A DNA stretch of 64,000 bases, taken from positions 41,974,001 to 42,038,000 of the forward strand of contig NC_087451.1 in NCBI RefSeq assembly GCF_036321535.1, written 5' to 3'. The DNA is from Camelus dromedarius. Lineage: Eukaryota. Below, in pieces: positions 59,801-64,000 of the stretch (the stretch's first letter is position 1; each line of letters begins with the position of its first letter). The notes below the pieces were generated by a model, which saw nothing but the letters and a program-made list of their open reading frames with translations, ran no database searches and had not been told where the DNA came from. Both the position numbers and the translations under genes were made by a program.

Positions 59801-62800
59801 GACTGGACGTGATGGGTGCAGTGCCTAACATGAGGCAGCTGCTCAGCAACTGACATACGGAGAGAAGTTAGAGTTTTAAGTAAAATGGGGTGTTCTCTCC
59901 TCTCCTTCACCCCAACTCCCCAATAAAGCAGGGGCAAGTCTGGAAGAACACAAGCTCACATGACAGAGCAGATGCAGCTTGAGTGAGTGCAATGACCCTT
60001 CTCTATCCATTTTCATTCAACAAATTTCCCTCTCTCAGACCTGTATCTACCTGCCACACCCCACCTTCTAATAGATGACCCAGCCTCATGCTTTGAGAAA
60101 ACAGAAGCAATCAGGCAGAAACTTCATTTTCCTGCCATCCAATCTGCCTGCAGCTGTACCCTATACTCTGCCTTCCCAGTCTAACCTCTCTCTTTTTAAT
60201 ATAGATTCTATCCCTTTCTTGGTTTCAAGGGCTTTGGTCCTGTAACATCAATTTTTTCTCATTCACTGATGCATTTTTCATCAACACGTAAACATGCTCC
60301 AGTTTCTCCTATCTGGAGGATGGGGTGGGGAAGAGACCTCCTTGGACTCCTCCCCAAACATGTCTATGTGCATCATTTTTCTGATGCTCTTTACAGCCAG
60401 ACCTAAATGGCTCTTGTCAATGCCATCAAGAACCTCTATTATCACTGAATCCATTGACCACTTATGGATGACAGAGTTGACACGACTGGCTCCTCTCTCC
60501 TTGAAGCTTTTTCTAGGCTTCCATGGGATCAGTCTCCTCTGCTGGTTCCTCTGTAACATTCTGGAGAACCCTAGGGCTCAGTCCTGCTTCTTCTCTTTTC
60601 TATCTACACTCTTTTCCTAAATAATTTCATCCATTCCCGTGGCTTTAATTACCACCTAACCTGCTAATTTCCTTCCAGTCTCTAGCTCCCCATGCTGTTC
60701 TGTCCAACTGCCTACTAAGATATCTCCTGGACCAAAAAACCAAACTCCTGATCCTCCTCTCAAATGCTTTCCTGCAGTCTTCTATATCTTAATGAACAAT
60801 GAACAACTCCATCTTTCCAACTGCTTGGGTCAAAAAACTGGCAGTCTTTTCTCTCACACCCCACATCAAATCCATCAGCAAATCCATCTCCTCTACCTTC
60901 AAAACAGATCTAAAATTGATGCACTTTGCCATCACCTTTACGTCTCTCTCCTCAATCCAAGCCTCCACCACCACTGCAGCAATGTCCTGAACTAGTCTCT
61001 GCTTCTGCCCTTGCAGCCCCTTCCTCACCAGCCCATCCTTTTTCTCAACACAGAATTCTCCAAATTAGACTGCATCATTCCTCTACCCCAAACTTTCCCA
61101 TCTCATTCAGAGTTAGAGCTCAAGTCCTTCCACAGGCCGACAAGGCCCTGGGGGATCTGGATCCATCCCCAGGTCTCTCCGACTCCTCTTACCCTGCATC
61201 CTTTGATCCAACCACACTGGCCTCCTGCTATCCTCTAATATCCAGACCAGCTCCACCTCACAGTCTTTGCACCTGTGTCCCCTAAAGGAAACACCCTTTA
61301 CCTCACCTCCTTCGGTTCTTTGCAAAATATCTTCTTCCTCACGAGGTTTTCTCTATCCATCCAATTAAAAAAAGAACAGCTCCTCTACACCCATTTTCTG
61401 TATATCCTACCATGCTTTATTTTTCAGCTAATGCCATCATATCCAACACACTATCTTACTTATTTATTGTCCATCCACCAATGCAAGCACACGAGGAAAG
61501 GGACTTTTATCTATTTTGTCCACTGCTGAATCCCCCGCAGCTTAGAACCCAGTGTCTGATCTGATGTGTAACAGGCACTTAATAAGTATTTGTTCAAAAA
61601 ACGAATCTGTAACTTAATACTGCCTAAACAGACTCCTCCCCATTTCCAAAGTGCATTCACCTGCCTCCTAACCAGTCCCGGGAGCATCCACCCCTGCTCT
61701 CTACAATCCATCTTCCACAGTAGCAGAATCATCTTTTAAAATATTTAAATCAGATCATTTCATTACCCGGCTTCCCATCATCCACTAAAATCCAAACTCC
61801 TTTTTCCAACGCATTTCACACACTCTTCTCCCCTTCACCTACTAGATACAGGTTCACTAAATTTTCCTTTTTCAGTTCTTGTCTAAGCCAAACAGCATCC
61901 TGCCTGAGGGCCTCTGCGCTAGTTGCCAGGAATGGTCATTCCCCATCTTTGCATGGCCAGTTCTCCTTGGCTGTTTGGAGATCGGTTTAAATGTCACCTC
62001 CTCATAAAGGTCTTTCCTCTAAGCAATCACTATCCTTTCATCTTTTTAATGTCAACACAGCATTTATTACATGCAGACTTTTTCATTGCCTTTGTCCCTC
62101 CACCTGGAATCTGAGCTCCCTTCTTAAGAGCGGGGTGACCTAGATGGACTGGCTGGCTGCCTCCTCAGTGCCCAGAGCAGTGGTCTCCCCACAGCACACA
62201 GCAGGCTCTCAGTAAATATCAAACGAATGCACTTCGTCAGGGCTACTCGAGCCCCCCCCCCTCCCCGGGCACTGCCCTCTCCGCCTTCCGCGGCCTCCCT
62301 GTACGCGGCCGGCGTTCGGCGAGCATCTTAACTTCCCCGCCCTCCGCCGCCTACCTGTCGGCCAACTCCAGCACTTCGTGCACACTGCCCGTGCTGACGC
62401 GGATGCGCCCGGTGTACATGTATTCGATAACGGCTTCCACCGTGTCGGGTTCGGGCCCGGGCTCGGAGCTCCACTTGCGCATCTCCACCCGGCCCGAGCG
62501 GGACTCGGAGAACTGGCCCGAGAGCAGGGGCGTAAAGTACTCGGTGGCGGCCGCCAGCACCGAGCGGTGGGCCCGGAACTCGCGGCCTCCCGCACCGCCG
62601 AAGCACAAGGTAATGTCGCAGAAGAGGCCCTGGCGCCGTTGCTCGTTCTGCCGCCACGACAGCTCCGAGCAGTGAGAACTACATTCGAAATCCTCGGCCT
62701 CCGGGCCCGGATCGCCGCCGCTCGCCTCCATTGCAGACAAGCCCGGCCCATGCCCGAAGTCCACCGTGCCACTGCCTCTGACTTCGGCGGCCAGCCCAGC

Positions 62801-62899
62801 TGAGCCGGCGGCGGCCGTCTCCATGCTCTCCATCTCCAGCACCTGAAGAGACGCAGCAGCAGCCGCCGCCGCCGCCGCCGCCACTGCCGCCGCCGCCAT
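56812..62899 (-). CDS. KLHL11: Kelch-like protein 11, 708 aa; exons 62899..62355 and 58393..56812
   Basis: 545+1582=2127 nt; poly-Ala N-terminus, BTB ([16 protein letters not shown]), BACK and kelch repeats; ends [10 protein letters not shown]. Confidence 0.97.
59990..61760 (+). mobile_element. L2 fragments in KLHL11 intron 1
   Basis: C/T-rich L2 ORF remnants and a 3' end ...GGCACTTAATAAGTATTTGTTC. Confidence 0.75.
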
Positions 62900-63130
62900 C
62901 TTGACGCTGCCGCGCTCGACTCCGCAGTCTCGTAACGGTCTGGCGGTTCGGGTGCGACACCGTGGGATTCTGGGAATAAATAGTGAGCTCCGGGCGGAGC
63001 CGGCCGGCCGGCCGGCCGCTGGGTCTGCGCACGCGCTGCCCCGCGCCCGCCCTAATGCGCTGGTCTTTGGTAAGGTTCAACGTTACCGCTCCCCAGTTAC
63101 GATCACCTCCTCCGGAGGCCAGCCATCCGC
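62280..63130 (-). promoter_or_regulatory. KLHL11 CpG island and promoter
   Basis: CpG-dense; YY1-type AAGATGGCGGC motif overlapping the start codon. Confidence 0.8.
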
Positions 63131-64000
63131 ATGCCTGCGGGAGGTTCACTGTTTCCTCCCCCTTAGAGAGTAGCATGCTCTTCCTGGTCGTTTTATAAAA
63201 TAAAAACCACCTTAGACCATCACCCATGGTTAGTGTCTTCGGTGGCAACATTGGATTTTTATTTAAATGTTTAGAATGGCTTTGGAGTAAAACTTGAAAA
63301 AGAGAGACTGAGCCCCAGCTAAGAGGATGAGGGTGAACAAATTACTATCTCTGAACTGATTTATCTCCTAAAAACGGGATACTCTCTACATTGGAAGATC
63401 GCTGTGAGAAATAAGATGCTTGTCAAGTGTTTTACTGTGTTTGGTCCATAGTTACTGTACACACATACTTGGTAAAAAGATGAATAAAAACTTGTTTGGG
63501 GTTTTAAGCAAAGGAGTGACTCAATTAGATGCCTGTTTTAAAATACCGCTGGCGGCTACATGGAGAATGGACTGTTAAGGGGACAAAAGTGGAACTAGGG
63601 GCACTAAGTTGGCAGGCCAGGTATGGATAGATCAGAGGGCTAAAATTAAAGGATAAATCCACAGGACTTGCAACCAGATAGAGAAGTGAAGAAAAGGATG
63701 CCTCCTGGGCTTTTGATTTGAGTATCAAGGTAAAACTTTGGTTCCCATTCACTGAGATATGGGAAGTGCAGATTTAGGGCAGAAGATAGTGGGTTTTGTT
63801 TTGTTTTGTTTTTATTTTTTGAAGATAGTGTTTTTTTAAGAGGTGGATGAACATTTAAAAAACCACATGTAGTAAAACTATTAGAAAATATAGTTCAAAG
63901 GGATGCAGATAAAAGGAAATGGATGACATGAGACAGCAGTATGTCTTCATTGTTACTATATAGTTTATTTAAACCAAACTATGATAATACAGAGGAGCAA

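Noticed and set aside
62209-63251. Alternative-frame and antisense ORFs over KLHL11 exon 1
   Set aside because: Shadow ORFs of a GC-rich coding exon and CpG island.

Overview
Mammalian genomic DNA, most likely camelid (judged from the tRNA-derived Vic-1-type SINEs and young L1 3' ends). Gene order: a repeat-rich 18-kb intergenic stretch; intact LYZL6 (+); RDM1 (+), which reads with a 1-nt frameshift in exon 5; three decayed tandem LRRC37 exon-1 copies (+); a 3'-truncated, multiply disabled NT5C3B (-); KLHL10 (+) and KLHL11 (-), intact where visible and partly masked by N-runs. Most notable: a 2.45-kb insertion in RDM1 intron 2 with a 16-bp target-site duplication and an A-tail. It looks like an L1-retroposed, unspliced piece of the CIC (capicua) short-isoform promoter, first exon and intron 1, and it plants a second CpG island inside RDM1. 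Also notable is the LRRC37/NT5C3B junction, which looks like a rearrangement breakpoint that removed the last NT5C3B exon. Gene identities come from my recall of orthologous proteins, not from a database search, and repeat-family names are approximate.
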